DNA of 64,000 nt, taken from contig NZ_CAURJN010000005.1 in NCBI RefSeq assembly GCF_963525165.1, positions 1 to 64,000 of the forward strand. Reading direction: 5' to 3'. The stretch comes from an uncultured Gemella sp. GTDB taxonomy: Bacteria; Bacillota; Bacilli; Staphylococcales; Gemellaceae. Positions 21,531 through 30,620 of this stretch are shown piece after piece; the first letter of the stretch is position 1; each line of letters starts with the position of its first letter. Below the pieces are notes generated by a model that was given only the letters and a program-made list of their open reading frames with translations, had not been told where the DNA came from and did not search any database. The translations under genes were made by a program, and so were the position numbers.

Positions 21531-21645
21531 AGCACCATCCCCTTTCTTATTAAAGTAGCCACCATCTTTATCGGAAGTTTTACACTCCCTAACTTCTCTC
21601 TCCAGCTCTGATTATATCAAATTAAACTGAGATAATCAACAACTT

Positions 21646-22482
21646 ATGAGGGATAACAATTTAACAAGTTCTCTTATTTTCCCAGGTGATAAACTTAGTT
21701 ACGGAACAGTTGTTGCGAAGGCTGAGGAAGCCAAGTCAAATGGTTATTATACTGTAACATTAGGTGATACATTAGGTAAGATTTCTAGAAATCTTGGGGT
21801 ATCAGTTAATGATTTAGTTCAGTACAATTCAATATCAAATCCTAACTTGATTTTCGTAGGGCAAGTTCTTAAGACGCAATCGGAACAAGTTAAGGTGGAT
21901 AATAAAGTAGTAGAAACACCTGAGGTTAAACCGGTGTCTCTTGATGTGGTTAAAGAAGAAAGTAAACCTAAACCAACGGTTATGAATGCAACAGTTGCAC
22001 CTAAACCTGTACCGGAAGTTGTGCAAAAAGAGGTTAAAAAAGAAGAGGTAAAACCTGTAGAGACTAAAAAGGTTGAAAAGGAAGTACCTAAAAAGAAAGT
22101 AGAAGAAGTTCAAGTTAAGAAAGATGAACCGAAATCGGTTGCACCTGTAGCTGGTGATAAAGCTAGTGCTATTTATAATGCAGCCTTAGCTCAAATTGGT
22201 AAAATCCAAGATTGCACAATGCTTGTAACAAATGCACTTAAATCTGTAGGTATTAACTTCCATGATTGGCCGGCTGGTTACATGAGTTTAGGTACTGTTG
22301 TTCCTGCTTCGGAGGCAGTACCTGGTGACTTAATTTATTATCCAGATGGTGGACTAGGTGTTGCTCATATTGGTGTATATGCTGGTAATGGACAAGCTGT
22401 TCACGGCGGATGGCAGGGTAACCAGACTGTTCTTAATACGGCTAATGTTGGGCATGGTGCAACGTACATCAGAGTAAGATAA
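21646..22482 (+). pseudogene. LysM + NlpC/P60 cell-wall peptidase, 5'-truncated
   Basis: Starts in mid-LysM (QQLMRDNNL..LIFPGDKL) with an in-frame TGA five codons upstream, no signal peptide or SD; full LysM YTVTLGDTL; QDCTMLV, PGDLIY, HIGVYAG. Confidence 0.65.
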
Positions 22483-22483
22483 A

Positions 22484-22678
22484 ATGATGAGATTACCAAC
22501 AAAAGAAACATTGGTTTACCTTGAGAAAGTAAATGATTGGATAGCATCGGAAGAAATAACAGATAATGGAGTTATTCTGGTGTTTAAACGAGATGTTCCA
22601 AGTGATGTAATTGAACTATTTGAGAAAATAAAGGATAAGATGGATTTCAAGGTAAAAGAATATAGAAAAGAAGACTAG
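22484..22678 (+). CDS. Hypothetical protein, 64 aa
   Basis: Abuts the upstream stop and is followed by a terminator. Confidence 0.6.
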   Translation: MMRLPTKETLVYLEKVNDWIASEEITDNGVILVFKRDVPSDVIELFEKIKDKMDFKVKEYRKED

Positions 22679-22774
22679 CCTTTTGGTTAGTCTTTTTGTT
22701 TCAGTTGGTTTTGACAAATACGCTTTAAAATTGGAAAATTAAAGCGTAAATGTTGGGGTATTTTATGGTATAAT
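22671..22774 (+). repeat. Terminator + promoter/operator module, copy A
   Basis: AAGACTAGCC/GGTTAGTCTT hairpin; TTGACA 22711; IR TACGCTTTAA-10-TTAAAGCGTA; TGgTATAAT 22769; similar to 23711-23789. Confidence 0.65.
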
Positions 22775-22807
22775 TAAGCAAGAATAACGCAGGGTAGAGG
22801 TGATACA

Positions 22808-23215
22808 GTGAATGGTAATTTATGTTTTAGAATTGAGGGTATTGAACTATATTTAGAACAAGTATTAGTTGATTATATGGATATTCCTATATTTTTCTTA
22901 TGCAAGGGTGAAAGTAATCATTATCTTGTTTTGTGTACAAATATAGATGAACTGAATTATATTATTGTAAGGTTATCTATGAATGACTTATATGAATTGT
23001 TACATGGTGAGGGGTCTATGCGAAATGCTATTTTGAAACAAAATGAATATTGGAATGTAATTTCTGGTGAGGAAATTTCATTAGATAAGGTTGGGAAATT
23101 AAGTATTTCCGAACTAGATGTAAGACTATTACCGAAAGAAGATGTTTATTTTGAAATTGTGAGTATGAAACTTGAAAATTATGTTAAAAAGTTTGATACG
23201 GAATATTTTGTGTGA
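22808..23215 (+). CDS. Hypothetical protein, 135 aa
   Basis: GAGGTG SD, GTG start, own promoter. Confidence 0.7.
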   Translation: MNGNLCFRIEGIELYLEQVLVDYMDIPIFFLCKGESNHYLVLCTNIDELNYIIVRLSMNDLYELLHGEGSMRNAILKQNEYWNVISGEEISLDKVGKLSISELDVRLLPKEDVYFEIVSMKLENYVKKFDTEYFV

Positions 23216-23227
23216 TATAATATGGGT

Positions 23228-23358
23228 AGTCGAAAACCTTGTTCGTCAAGGATAAGATATTTTATTAAAAGCCTTATAAGTTAAGGATACGCACAGGATG
23301 TGCCTTTGGTGCATCTTAATAAAAAAATAAGACTAACCTTTTTGGTTAGTCTTTTGTT
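23228..23358 (+). ncRNA. Candidate ~130-nt structured small RNA
   Basis: TTGATA(23193)-17-TGaTATAAT(23216) promoter; hairpins CCTTG-TTCGT-CAAGG and GCACA-GGA-TGTGC; terminator 23329-23353; no ORF with an SD. Confidence 0.55.
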
Positions 23359-23383
23359 TTGCTTTATGATCTGTGATAACTTT

Positions 23384-23626
23384 TTAATACCACACTAAAC
23401 TTTCTTCATCAGGCATTTTCCCAGAATCGAACAGTCTTTTAACATACGCTTTGGCTTTGTTTGCATAAATAGGGTATCCTAGTTCTTGATCCAGAGTAGA
23501 TTCAACAATTACATTGACATCTCCTGTTTTCTCGTTTATTTCTATCATTCCAGGTGTGTTATTGTTTTCTGGATAATACCAATACCCCTTACTTTTTGAA
23601 TTAGAAATTTTAACAAATTTTATCAT
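23384..23626 (-). CDS. Hypothetical protein, 80 aa
   Basis: AAGGAGG SD before ATG 23626, TATAAT just upstream. Confidence 0.7.
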   Translation of the reverse strand: MIKFVKISNSKSKGYWYYPENNNTPGMIEINEKTGDVNVIVESTLDQELGYPIYANKAKAYVKRLFDSGKMPDEESLVWY

Positions 23627-23710
23627 GATTTGATACCTCCTTTTATTTTCATTATACATCTTTTTACATTTATCTTCAATCATTTTCCTTGGTAAGACTT
23701 TCAGTTACCT

Positions 23711-23789
23711 TTTTGTTTCTAGTAGGTTGACAAATACGTTTTAAATTTTAGAAATTAAAGCATAAATGTTGGATATTTTGTGATATAAT
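23711..23789 (+). repeat. Promoter/operator module, copy B
   Basis: TTGACAAATACG.TTTAAA...AAATTAAAGC.TAAATGTTGG...TATTTT.TG.TATAAT as in copy A. Confidence 0.65.
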
Positions 23790-23837
23790 GAAAATAGAGA
23801 AGGTTTATCAATCAAAAACAGGAGAGGAGTTACAAAA

Positions 23838-24065
23838 ATGGCAGTAGTATCATTGGAAAATAATATTAAAATATATAGTTCAGAATTATCTCATGCACTA
23901 TTAAAAGTCTCTAATTATAAATTGGATGAGCGTATTGCTCAGACTGTTGCGGAAATTTATGCTCGTAATCTAGATTATTCTGATCCGGAATTGATGCATG
24001 TTGGGGTAACTTCGGTTGCTAAAAATCTGATTACAAAAATTAAACAAGAGTATTTTAATGCTTAG
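23838..24065 (+). CDS. Hypothetical protein, 75 aa
   Basis: AGGAG SD, own promoter, terminator AACCACCTCT/AGAGGTGGTT downstream. Confidence 0.7.
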   Translation: MAVVSLENNIKIYSSELSHALLKVSNYKLDERIAQTVAEIYARNLDYSDPELMHVGVTSVAKNLITKIKQEYFNA

Positions 24066-24128
24066 TAATAAAGAATTATATTAAAAAAAGAAAACCACCT
24101 CTGAAAAGAGGTGGTTATTATTTATGTC

Positions 24129-25253
24129 TTAAGGGCGCTCTGTACGAACTTCTCCAGTTTTTGTATTCACCCATACAGTGTAAGTTTCTTGTTTTTGCAC
24201 TTTACGAACTTTAGTTACGGGTACAGTTTTTGTACCAACTTTAACTTTTTTAGTTTCACGAACTTTACGTTCAGTGTCTACTGATACTTTGATACCTTTT
24301 TCTGTAAAGATTTTAAGTTGTAAATCTCCTAGTACATTTCCTGGGAAATCATCGTACCAACCTAGTTCTTGGTAACGAACACCATTGTTAGATAGGTATA
24401 ACCAATCGTCGAATAGTTGTTTAGTTTCGTAAACATCTTCAGTTGTATTTTCTGTATATTCTTCATCTACAGTCACTGTACGAGTACGAGTTTCTTCTTT
24501 CCAAGTTCCATTATCTCCTTTTGGAGTAGTTGGAGTAGTTGGTTCATCTTTTGGTTGTGTTCCTACTGGAGTAGTTGGTTTTTCAACTGGTTTAGCTGGG
24601 TCTGTTGGTTTTGTAGTATCTACAGGTTTAACAGGCTCAGATGGTTTAGTTACATCTACTGGTTTTGTTGGTTCAGTTGGTTTTACTGTGTCAACTGGTT
24701 TAGTAGGTGTAACAGGTTTAGTTGTATCAACGGGTTTTACAGGTTTAACGCTGTCAGTTGGTTTAGTAGGAACTGTAGGTGTTACAACAGGTGTAGTTGG
24801 TGCTACTTCCGCAGTTTCATATTCAAAGCTTACAGAACCTTTGATAGCGTGAGATTTCACAGTTTTAGCGAATTCCACACGGTCGCTAACAACAGCTGTG
24901 TTAGGTAATGTTTTTACTGTTTTAACAGCTGACTTCTGTGCTCCAAAGTTTACTTGAATGTCTTTTACTTGTCCTTTAGTTAAATTACCAAAGTTCACAG
25001 TTTTAGCTTGTGTTCCGTCAACTGTATATGTTGTTTTAACTTTTTGAACATCTTCATTAGCAGTAACACGGATTACAGCACCTTGTTTAGTTTCTAGTAC
25101 AACAGCACTTACTTTACCAGTTTCTTGTTTTGGCTCAGTAGTTACTTTCACGTCGTTTTCAGCTTTAACATTTTGATTAACACTAGCTGTTGTTACTGTA
25201 GTTAATGCAGCCGCTGCTAGTAGGTAAGATAAGATTAATTTAGATTTTTTCAT
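24129..25253 (-). CDS. Secreted Pro/Thr-rich protein, copy 1
   Basis: Sec signal peptide (..NVKA|EN), beta-rich N domain, (T)KPVD/TKPT repeats, charged beta-rich C domain. Confidence 0.8.
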   Translation of the reverse strand: MKKSKLILSYLLAAAALTTVTTASVNQNVKAENDVKVTTEPKQETGKVSAVVLETKQGAVIRVTANEDVQKVKTTYTVDGTQAKTVNFGNLTKGQVKDIQVNFGAQKSAVKTVKTLPNTAVVSDRVEFAKTVKSHAIKGSVSFEYETAEVAPTTPVVTPTVPTKPTDSVKPVKPVDTTKPVTPTKPVDTVKPTEPTKPVDVTKPSEPVKPVDTTKPTDPAKPVEKPTTPVGTQPKDEPTTPTTPKGDNGTWKEETRTRTVTVDEEYTENTTEDVYETKQLFDDWLYLSNNGVRYQELGWYDDFPGNVLGDLQLKIFTEKGIKVSVDTERKVRETKKVKVGTKTVPVTKVRKVQKQETYTVWVNTKTGEVRTERP

Positions 25254-25387
25254 TTTATTGTTTCTCCTGTTTATGTGATTTATTTATTTGCTATAGTTTT
25301 ATTATACCATAGTCTTTCTATGTTTTACAATTAATAATCTAGAGGTTATCACGGGTTGTGACAACCTCTATTATTTTATTCTCTTTA

Positions 25388-26512
25388 TTATGGACGTGTA
25401 GTTCTCTCAGTACCTGAATCTACGTTCACCCATACAGTGTAAGTTTCTTGTTTTTGCACTTTACGAACTTTAGTTACGGGTACAGTTTTTGTACCAACTT
25501 TAACTTTTTTAGTTTCACGAACTTTACGTTCAGTGTCTACTGATACTTTGATACCTTTTTCTGTAAAGATTTTAAGTTGTAAATCTCCTAGTACATTTCC
25601 TGGGAAATCATCGTACCAACCTAGTTCTTGGTAACGAACACCATTGTTAGATAGGTATAACCAATCGTCGAATAGTTGTTTAGTTTCGTAAACATCTTCA
25701 GTTGTATTTTCTGTATATTCTTCATCTACAGTCACTGTACGAGTACGAGTTTCTTCTTTCCAAGTTCCATTATCTCCTTTTGGAGTAGTTGGAGTAGTTG
25801 GTTCATCTTTTGGTTGTGTTCCTACTGGAGTAGTTGGTTTTTCAACTGGTTTAGCTGGGTCTGTTGGTTTTGTAGTATCTACAGGTTTAACAGGCTCAGA
25901 TGGTTTAGTTACATCTACTGGTTTTGTTGGTTCAGTTGGTTTTACTGTGTCAACTGGTTTAGTAGGTGTAACAGGTTTAGTTGTATCAACGGGTTTTACA
26001 GGTTTAACGCTGTCAGTTGGTTTAGTAGGAACTGTAGGTGTTACAACAGGTGTAGTTGGTGCTACTTCCGCAGTTTCATATTCAAAGCTTACAGAACCTT
26101 TGATAGCGTGAGATTTCACAGTTTTAGCGAATTCCACACGGTCGCTAACAACAGCTGTGTTAGGTAATGTTTTTACTGTTTTAACAGCTGACTTCTGTGC
26201 TCCAAAGTTTACTTGAATGTCTTTTACTTGTCCTTTAGTTAAATTACCAAAGTTAACAGTTTTAGCTTGAGTTCCGTCAACCGTATATGTTGTTTTAACT
26301 TTCTGAACATCTTCATGAGCAGTAACACGGATTACAGCACCTTGCTCATTTTCTAATACAACAGTACTTACTTTACCAGTTTCTTGTTTAGGTTCAGTAG
26401 TTACTTTTACGTCATTTTCTGCTTTAACGTTTTGATTGACACTAGCTGTTGTTACTGTAGTTAATGCAGCCGCTGCTAGTAGGTAAGATACGGCTTTTTT
26501 CGATTTTTCCAT
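25388..26512 (-). CDS. Secreted Pro/Thr-rich protein, copy 2
   Basis: Near-identical paralog at 1259-bp offset; start MEKSKK after GGAGG. Confidence 0.8.
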   Translation of the reverse strand: MEKSKKAVSYLLAAAALTTVTTASVNQNVKAENDVKVTTEPKQETGKVSTVVLENEQGAVIRVTAHEDVQKVKTTYTVDGTQAKTVNFGNLTKGQVKDIQVNFGAQKSAVKTVKTLPNTAVVSDRVEFAKTVKSHAIKGSVSFEYETAEVAPTTPVVTPTVPTKPTDSVKPVKPVDTTKPVTPTKPVDTVKPTEPTKPVDVTKPSEPVKPVDTTKPTDPAKPVEKPTTPVGTQPKDEPTTPTTPKGDNGTWKEETRTRTVTVDEEYTENTTEDVYETKQLFDDWLYLSNNGVRYQELGWYDDFPGNVLGDLQLKIFTEKGIKVSVDTERKVRETKKVKVGTKTVPVTKVRKVQKQETYTVWVNVDSGTERTTRP

Positions 26513-26807
26513 AATATCCTCCAAATTTCTATAATTTGTCTTCCTATGAAAATAGGAAAAAATTTAATTTATATAATTTAATTAAGACCATTATATCAAA
26601 AAAAAAAAACGCAAGCTTTTTTTACATGAAAATAATAAGATTATTATGAATTATTTTAGGTAATTTTAGAAATGATAACTAACTATTTTCTGTGCACACA
26701 AAAAGCACTTTTCTAAATTTTTTAGAATAGTGCTTTTCTTAATATCTTTAAAGCTAACATTAATGAAATTATTGTTAGCTTAATATTGTATTTTATCTAT
26801 TGTATAA

Positions 26808-27746
26808 CTAAATTTCTCCCTCTTTATTCAGCTTATCTAAAATTTGATTTCTTTTTCTATAAGTATATTTTAGAAAGTCTATATACATTTCTCCTGCTTC
26901 GATTATTTTACGCTGAAAATTAAGGTCTGCTTCTAAAATCTCATCTTTACTATAAGCAGAATATACTGTATCATATACTAACTCTCGTTCTATTAAAGAA
27001 TCTAATTTAGATATATCTTTTTTCACGATTGAGTACACTCTGAATCCTATAGATTCTTCTGTTGGTATTTTATGATTTTTAACTATGTCTAGAAAAATCT
27101 CAACAATATTATCAGTATCGAACTGATTTTTAAATGTGATACCTTTATCAATATACACATTCTTTCCATTTTCTTTTGTTCGCACTATATTAGCAGAATC
27201 AAGAAATTTTATAAATTTTTCTAAGAATTCATCTTTTATATTTTCAAGTAACTCTTTTTCTGCTAAATATCTGGAAACAGGTATATCCTCAGATTCTAAT
27301 TCTTCTATATTAATACCTATACGCGGAGCATTAATTTCATTCACTATCTCCTTATATGCTTTAGTCTCTGCAAAATATATATCATCTATTAATGTATCAT
27401 CTAGTATTTCCTGCTGTTCTTCTGTCAGATTTTTACATATACATTTCATTAAATCGTAAATATACTCTGAGATTTCTTCATTATCTCCCCAGTAAAGCAT
27501 TCTACTAATCCTTTTTCGCTCTAACTCTGATAATCCTTGTCCATATAAACTTTCTAATATTTTATTAGTGGATGTTTCAGTTAATAAATATGGATTTCTC
27601 TTTGTTCGCTCCCCTCTTACAATCCATGTTATAAGGGTAGCGTTATCCTCATAGACTTTAAAAGAATTCAAATTCTTTTTCTTAATAAGTTTTCCTATCC
27701 TATTTGATGCCTTCTCACAAAAAAAATCTTGCAAAGCTATCTCCAT
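26808..27746 (-). CDS. Hypothetical protein, possible element regulator (HTH-like N-terminus)
   Basis: Divergent from the mobilisation operon; helical N-terminal segment LITWIVRGERTKRNPYLLT. Confidence 0.5.
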   Translation of the reverse strand: MEIALQDFFCEKASNRIGKLIKKKNLNSFKVYEDNATLITWIVRGERTKRNPYLLTETSTNKILESLYGQGLSELERKRISRMLYWGDNEEISEYIYDLMKCICKNLTEEQQEILDDTLIDDIYFAETKAYKEIVNEINAPRIGINIEELESEDIPVSRYLAEKELLENIKDEFLEKFIKFLDSANIVRTKENGKNVYIDKGITFKNQFDTDNIVEIFLDIVKNHKIPTEESIGFRVYSIVKKDISKLDSLIERELVYDTVYSAYSKDEILEADLNFQRKIIEAGEMYIDFLKYTYRKRNQILDKLNKEGEI

Positions 27747-28034
27747 AATTCTTCACTCCTCAATTTTAGTATTTTGTTATTTAATATTTTAACATAATAT
27801 GTTTTTTTACACAAGTGAAATGTAATATATTATTTACGGATAAGATAACTATAATGCCATTTACATGCTATTAGTATAAAACTATAAGGTTGTGTATTTA
27901 CTCACTTAAAATTATACTACAATACCTTTGCAATACATAATATATTGAACTATAATAATATGTAAGGAGGTAACCTAGTGTTATTCAAATAACACTCATG
28001 ATAATATCAAGCAATAGAAAGGAGTTGAAAATAA

Positions 28035-28322
28035 ATGCTTAATTATAATCTTGAACGTTTTCAAGCACATATACTAGCTAATTATGGGAATGTTGCTTAT
28101 CAAAGAATTTCAAAAGATACATATTTTAAAACTGTTCCTAACGAACTCTATGAAATATGGTATTCACCATACAAATTTTCCTTTAGGAGTTTTAAAGATG
28201 TTAAGGATTTGCCTTATTTGAAAGGGGAAGCACTTATAATATATTACTATAATATTATTATGACACATATACAACTAAAAATAATATTTAATAAATTGAA
28301 AGGAGGGCTTAGCAATGGCTAA
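28035..28322 (+). CDS. Hypothetical protein, first gene of the mobilisation operon
   Basis: AAAGGAG SD; overlaps the next gene. Confidence 0.65.
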   Translation: MLNYNLERFQAHILANYGNVAYQRISKDTYFKTVPNELYEIWYSPYKFSFRSFKDVKDLPYLKGEALIIYYYNIIMTHIQLKIIFNKLKGGLSNG

Positions 28323-28656
28323 ACCTAATTGGAATAAAACACTATCAGAGGTGTTAAAACACCCTACAGTACAAGTTGTACTAACAAGTAAGACAACTGG
28401 TAAGGAGTATACAGCAGATGTAATTCGTCAACTTCCTGTATTTTCAACAGGGGGAATAGATGAAGTCGAAGGTGGATTTAAATATTCCATTGTAGATACA
28501 AAAAACAACTTAGAGTACACAATTAAAGCACCTCAAAAAGTAGATGTTAAATTTAGTACAGTTCTGGTATTTAAAAATGTACGTGGAGGTGCTACATCGA
28601 CTGGAAATGGCTGGTACTCTGCGGAATCTGTCGAAGTAGCTCAACGAAATGAGTAA
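28315..28656 (+). CDS. Small beta-rich protein, probable OB-fold relaxosome accessory factor
   Basis: 113 aa directly upstream of TcpA, the position of Tn916 Orf22/23-like genes; C-terminal WYSAESV. Confidence 0.5.
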   Translation: MAKPNWNKTLSEVLKHPTVQVVLTSKTTGKEYTADVIRQLPVFSTGGIDEVEGGFKYSIVDTKNNLEYTIKAPQKVDVKFSTVLVFKNVRGGATSTGNGWYSAESVEVAQRNE

Positions 28657-29989
28657 GTACCGTAGGATTATCAAGAAGAAGGATAGTAAATATCAAAACC
28701 ATCAGATTATATCGGTGGTTTTGATAATAACTATTTTCCTTTCATTGGTACTTACATTTATAATATATAACTTCTTTAAAAAGTACTTACTTTACAATTT
28801 TATTTTATCTATAAGTCTATTATCATTAATTATTTTCTGCTTAGTAATTTCACTTAACCACAGAGAACAGGTTTCTGTATTAGAGATAGATAAAATGAAT
28901 AAGGAAGCAAATAAATTAGCTACTAGAATAAATAAGTTATTTAATGATAAAACAATTACTGATGTGCTAAAACTTAGTAATTCTACTAGATACGGTGAAG
29001 AGATGCCAGAAATATACGTATTTCTTGATAGTTCTTTAAAAGAAGGTTTTATAGCTATAGAAAATATTTCAAATTTTGACAGGGCGGACCGTGATAAATT
29101 TGAACAAAAGATATCTGGAGTATTGTCTGGGAAATATCAAAAATATTCCGTTGTAAGCTCTGAGTTAACACTTGATGATAGTTTTATTCTATTTTATTTT
29201 GAAGACAGCATAACATCAGAAAGATTAATTATTGATAATACTGGTGATATAAAAGAAAATATCTCTGAATGTGAACACCATATTAGGCTAGCTAAAAATC
29301 TTGTATGGCAATGCAATATTACCGCTCATTTGTCAATAATAGCACGCACACGTGCAGGTAAGTCAGTTCTTGCTGGTGAATATATGGCTAGATTAATGCT
29401 CTTACAGAACTGGATTGTTGAATATAATTCAGCAAAATACGACAGATACGTCAAAGAATTCAACGGGAAAAGTGACCCTATTGAAATTGTTGAACGTGCT
29501 GAATATTGGTGTTCTGTAATGGATAATAGACTACAAGAAATCAATAATGCTGGGAAGGATAAATACCTAGATATGAAAGATATGCCTAATATAGCCATTT
29601 TCTTTGATGAACTCGGTAATTTAAACGCTTCTCTTGAATCACTTGATAAAACAGATAAAACACTAAAAATTACATCCAGATGGATAACAGCAATTAACAG
29701 ACTTTCAGCTACAGGAGCAAGTGCTGGGATACATATAATTGCAATATCGCAATTTGCAACTAAAGAAGGATTTTTACCATCCTTAGCTAGAGTAAACTGT
29801 TCTGATGCTGTAATTATGCTTGGTGGGGCTGCTGATTCTCCAACGGAGAGACAATATCTAATGAGTGGGTTCGCAGACCTACCTAAACGAAGTTACAAGA
29901 AAGGGCAAGGAATTGCCAGAATACAAGGATCGGGAAGGAAATGGGAAACACCCCATTTTTATGAAACCCCGTTTTTTAAAAAATTTTAA
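28649..29989 (+). CDS. FtsK/SpoIIIE-type (TcpA-like) coupling protein
   Basis: Two N-terminal TM segments, variant Walker A ARTRAGKS, Walker B IFFDE, GASAGIHIIAISQ, GQGIA. Confidence 0.85.
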   Translation: MSKYRRIIKKKDSKYQNHQIISVVLIITIFLSLVLTFIIYNFFKKYLLYNFILSISLLSLIIFCLVISLNHREQVSVLEIDKMNKEANKLATRINKLFNDKTITDVLKLSNSTRYGEEMPEIYVFLDSSLKEGFIAIENISNFDRADRDKFEQKISGVLSGKYQKYSVVSSELTLDDSFILFYFEDSITSERLIIDNTGDIKENISECEHHIRLAKNLVWQCNITAHLSIIARTRAGKSVLAGEYMARLMLLQNWIVEYNSAKYDRYVKEFNGKSDPIEIVERAEYWCSVMDNRLQEINNAGKDKYLDMKDMPNIAIFFDELGNLNASLESLDKTDKTLKITSRWITAINRLSATGASAGIHIIAISQFATKEGFLPSLARVNCSDAVIMLGGAADSPTERQYLMSGFADLPKRSYKKGQGIARIQGSGRKWETPHFYETPFFKKF

Positions 29990-30012
29990 GATATAAGATA
30001 GGAGAATAAGAA

Positions 30013-30411
30013 ATGAGAAGAATAAAACAATATAATTTTGTTTTAAATGAAAAAATTTTAAGAGAATATGCACGATTATACGATGAATCACTTCGTGCAC
30101 TTACGCGAGAAGAGGATTATAACAATGATAAAATCAGTGAAATAGAAGAATGGATATTTAATGAATATCTATTCCTTGTGGATATTGCCAAAAGTACGTT
30201 TGATGTGGAATTATTATCTAATGCTTTTATTAACTTATATATTTCTTCAGAGAGATTTTACGATGAAATTATGGAATATTTCTATGATACAAGGAGTTTG
30301 GAAGAGAAACAAATTCAAATGTCCGAATTTGAACATCGTTTCAAAATCAAATATAATTTTGCGAAATCATTAATGGATAGTTATGAATGTTACGACACTT
30401 TCTTCGCATAA
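30013..30411 (+). CDS. Hypothetical acidic helical protein
   Basis: AGGAG SD, within the operon. Confidence 0.65.
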   Translation: MRRIKQYNFVLNEKILREYARLYDESLRALTREEDYNNDKISEIEEWIFNEYLFLVDIAKSTFDVELLSNAFINLYISSERFYDEIMEYFYDTRSLEEKQIQMSEFEHRFKIKYNFAKSLMDSYECYDTFFA

Positions 30412-30459
30412 TTTACTATTTTAAAATTATGGAGTTAATTATTAATTAATTCCTAACGC

Positions 30460-30494
30460 CTGCGTGGAACAGGGCTTGTCAATGTTCCACGCAG
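30460..30494. other. Candidate nick-site hairpin (oriT/dso)
   Basis: GC-rich 12-bp stem CTGCGTGGAACA/TGTTCCACGCAG with 11-nt loop GGGCTTGTCAA, ~130 bp upstream of rep; short direct repeats at 30541-30585. Confidence 0.55.
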
Positions 30495-30620
30495 TAAAAA
30501 ACCAATAAAATCAATGCTTTAAGTCGATTTTCAAAAAAATAAAATCAAGAAAAATCAAGAGAATAATTAAAAGAATAATTAAAAATCGATTTTAAATATT
30601 CTCAGAATAGGAGATAATCC

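Noticed and set aside
24520..24800. Short GGTTT/AGTTGG periodic repeats as a possible CRISPR or other array
   Set aside because: They encode the Pro/Thr/Lys repeats of the secreted protein; no constant repeat with unique spacers and no cas genes.
24894..24908. LPNTA as a sortase anchor
   Set aside because: It is internal (about residue 116) and not followed by a hydrophobic segment and basic tail.
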